Positions 61,447 to 64,000 of a stretch of 64,000 nucleotides of DNA are shown here, piece after piece; position 1 is the first letter of the stretch, and every line of letters starts with the position of its first letter. Below the pieces are notes generated by a model. The model saw only the letters and a list, made by a program, of their open reading frames with translations, was not told the origin of the DNA and did no database searches. Source of the stretch: Gammaproteobacteria bacterium (GTDB lineage Bacteria; Pseudomonadota; Gammaproteobacteria; CAJXQU01); the NCBI GenBank assembly GCA_965238175.1, contig CBDEGZ010000003.1, positions 448,001 through 512,000 of the forward strand, written 5' to 3'. The translations under genes were made by a program, and so were the position numbers.

Positions 61447-62756
61447 AAAAACTGAATGCGCTGATGAATGGTATTCAGATAGGGATACTTGAAAAAACAC
61501 GTGGTGGCGGAATGACTTTCAGTTACAACAAGGAGTGGTTAGAGAGCCCTGAAAGACGATCAATTTCATTATCAATGCCATTATCTTCTTCTGCATATAG
61601 TGGCAACGAAGTATATAATTACTTTGATAACCTATTACCAGATAATCCTGCGGTACGTGATCGGGTCATGACCAAGTTTTCAGTACCTGCTGATCACCCA
61701 TTCGATATTTTGGCGGCTATTGGCCATGACTGCGTTGGAGCTTTGCAATTAGTTTCAGATGAAGTTCAATATAGATCTAAAATAGAGGCAAAGACCCTAA
61801 CAGAAGCAGATGTCGCCAACCAATTGCGGCGTTATAGAGAAAACCCGATGGGTATGGATGAAGAGTATGATTTCCGAATCTCTCTCGCAGGTGTCCAAGA
61901 AAAAACAGCATTACTTTTACAAGATGGTGTCTGGAAAAAGCCCCTCGGTGCTACGCCAACGACGCACATACTTAAGCTTCCCGTCGGCGTAATACAAAAT
62001 GCAGCAGGCAATATTGATCTGAGTTCAAGTTGTGATAACGAGTGGACATGTCTGGAGCTTATTAGAAATATTGGTATACCTACTGCGTCGGCATGGGTAG
62101 AAAACTTTGAAGATCAACGAGTATTAGTCGTTAAGCGTTTTGACAGACGATGGACTCAAAAAAGAGACTGGTTGTTACGCTTACCTCAAGAAGATATTTG
62201 CCAAGCGATGAATTTGCCATCAAGTAAAAAGTATCAAACTAATAGTGGCCCAGGGATCAGAGAATGTCTGGATCTACTTCAAAATAGTAGTAATAGTTAC
62301 GAGGATAAAGTTAACTTTATCAAGCTGCAGATACTTTTTTTACTTTTATCAGCACCAGATGGACATGCAAAGAATTTCAGCCTTTCTTTACATAGAGGGG
62401 ATAACTTTTCCATGACACCTGTCTATGATGTGCTATCAATATATCCAATTGATAATAAACAGTTAGAGCACAGAGCTAAATTAGCAATGGGATGGATGGG
62501 AACGACAAAAGGTTATCGGTATAAAATTCAAGAAATTCAATTGCGACATATTTTATTTACAGCAAAAAAGTTAGGCTTACTTGATGAGGTAGAAGCGTTC
62601 ATTTCCAATATAGATTCATCAATGGAAACTGTATTGAAACAAACTCAGGATCAAGCTAAAAAGAAAAATATTGATCATAGTGTATCAAACCCAATTCTTG
62701 AGAAGACACATGAGAAAGTATCCTGGTTGCAGCGATCATATGATTCTTTACAGTGA
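61440..62756 (+). CDS. hipA: HipA family kinase toxin
   Basis: YFDNLLPD, RISLAGVQEK, THILKLP, DGHAKNFS, PVYDVLS. Confidence 0.95.
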   Translation: MVKKLNALMNGIQIGILEKTRGGGMTFSYNKEWLESPERRSISLSMPLSSSAYSGNEVYNYFDNLLPDNPAVRDRVMTKFSVPADHPFDILAAIGHDCVGALQLVSDEVQYRSKIEAKTLTEADVANQLRRYRENPMGMDEEYDFRISLAGVQEKTALLLQDGVWKKPLGATPTTHILKLPVGVIQNAAGNIDLSSSCDNEWTCLELIRNIGIPTASAWVENFEDQRVLVVKRFDRRWTQKRDWLLRLPQEDICQAMNLPSSKKYQTNSGPGIRECLDLLQNSSNSYEDKVNFIKLQILFLLLSAPDGHAKNFSLSLHRGDNFSMTPVYDVLSIYPIDNKQLEHRAKLAMGWMGTTKGYRYKIQEIQLRHILFTAKKLGLLDEVEAFISNIDSSMETVLKQTQDQAKKKNIDHSVSNPILEKTHEKVSWLQRSYDSLQ

Positions 62757-63124
62757 TTTATGTAGAAATAAATAGGTTAACCGTTGTTGAATTTGAGCTG
62801 GTGCTCGAGCATCTTCATACTTGCATATGAACTTTTACAGGAATGGTTTTATGTTGCTGAACAACACGTTTTAGAAGTGACTTTTTAGAGAGTGATCTTA
62901 TATTAGTCCTAAAGTGTCACAAGTGGACTCAATTGTGAGGGTGGTATTGGATCCGCGATGATAGTGACTGCGACTTTCGGTTTGATTGCAGTTTGTATGT
63001 ATTGAAACGATTGTCGAGCTAAACGCCGTGTTAGTTGTTGATCGATCATTAGGCTGAAACTAAGATTGTTGTGATCTGTCGTATTTACGTGGCTACAAAA
63101 TTCAAACAAGGCTAAAATCAATTC

Positions 63125-63760
63125 ATGTCGATCCGTAGAGAAAGAGAAACTGAACAGGCTTTTACAAACTGGCAAAGGGAGTTGCTCTTAGCCTGTCAAA
63201 GTTGGCAGCAATCTGGAATTGATCGCCGTGAATTTCTAAAACGAGCATCAGCGGCATTCACATTGGTGGCGTTTATTCCCACCCGGCTTAAAGCAAATCA
63301 AACAAAATCAGAAACAATAACCACTGAGTGGCGAGAAGATCCATGGTGGACATTGTTTGAACTACAAGAACATCTATTTCCACATACCGATGATGCGCCG
63401 GGCGCCAAAGATATTCATGCAACACTTTATTTAAAAAAAGAGTTGGTCAGTCCATTTACCCCGAAAAAAGAAGCGGATTTTATCATCAAGGGTGTCGAGT
63501 GGTTAAACGGTATGGCGGTGAGAACGCAAAAGGAACGATTTGTAAATCTAGATGATCAAAAACGTGAAGCTGTTTTACGCCAGATAGAAAAGAGTCAAGA
63601 AGGACAACGTTGGCTTTCGTTAGTGATTTATTATGTTCTCGAAGCATTGTTAACTGATCCGATCTACGGAGGTAACCCCGATGGTTCTGGTTGGAAATGG
63701 TTATCACATCATGTTGGTTACCCTCGGCCAACCAAAGATAAAACCTATTTGAAACTATGA
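63125..63760 (+). CDS. Gluconate 2-dehydrogenase subunit 3 family protein (Tat-like motif)
   Basis: DRREFLK, APGA, DPIYGGNPDGSGWKWL. Confidence 0.85.
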   Translation: MSIRRERETEQAFTNWQRELLLACQSWQQSGIDRREFLKRASAAFTLVAFIPTRLKANQTKSETITTEWREDPWWTLFELQEHLFPHTDDAPGAKDIHATLYLKKELVSPFTPKKEADFIIKGVEWLNGMAVRTQKERFVNLDDQKREAVLRQIEKSQEGQRWLSLVIYYVLEALLTDPIYGGNPDGSGWKWLSHHVGYPRPTKDKTYLKL

Positions 63761-64000
63761 AAGATTATGACGTTTGTATCATCGGATCAGGGGCCGGCGG
63801 CGGTCCAGTCGCGTTAACCCTGGCAGAGGCTGGCTATTCAGTTTTAGTTCTGGAAAAAGGGCCGTGGTTTACCGAGCAAGATTTCTTCAAAGATGAACTA
63901 GCTTGTTGTCTGCGACAATCATACACGCCTGATTTGAAAGACGAACAACACGTAATCGAAGAACGAAACGATGATGGCGTTTGGGAAGGCGAGCCGACAT
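63757..64000 (+). CDS. GMC family oxidoreductase, N-terminal fragment (runs off window)
   Basis: MKDYDVCIIGSGAGGGPVALTLAEAGYSVLVLEKG FAD-binding motif; ATGA overlap with upstream gene. Confidence 0.88.
   Translation, partial: MKDYDVCIIGSGAGGGPVALTLAEAGYSVLVLEKGPWFTEQDFFKDELACCLRQSYTPDLKDEQHVIEERNDDGVWEGEPT

Noticed and set aside
62757-63175. 88-aa minus-strand ORF and hydrophobic fragments after hipA
   Set aside because: No recognisable family; overlaps the next gene's start; may be decayed sequence but unsupported

Overview
Chromosomal window from an AT-rich (roughly 40% GC by eye) gammaproteobacterium. In order it holds the 3' end of mnmE and an RDD gene; a sigma54/NtrC-type urea operon (porin-urtABCDE-ureDABCE-small ORF-ureFG); lptFG/pepA/holC; valS carrying a 293-aa N-terminal extension; cysE-iscR-sufABCDSU-sufT-Rieske; an IS hot spot (IS30 and IS1595 remnants plus an intact IS481 with a 7-bp target duplication); LysR/mmsA; a Fur-box-flanked iron locus (porin, FMN-binding protein, PepSY-TM, divergent PA4570-like gene, ferritin); mgtE-miaB-phoH-ybeY-corC-lnt; a split MASE1/PAS/GAF histidine kinase; an ABC exporter; a REC-GGDEF-EAL protein; an M16 peptidase; peroxiredoxin-EncFtn-trxB; osmC/crp; tRNA-Met followed by an integrase remnant and hipBA with four tandem operators; and a GMC oxidoreductase pair cut by the window edge. 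The best novelty candidates are the PopZ-like scaffold fused to ValRS, the putative Fur-regulated flavinylation/iron-reduction locus, the shell-less EncFtn and the 60-aa UreJ-like peptide. All family calls come from motif recognition by eye; no searches were run.
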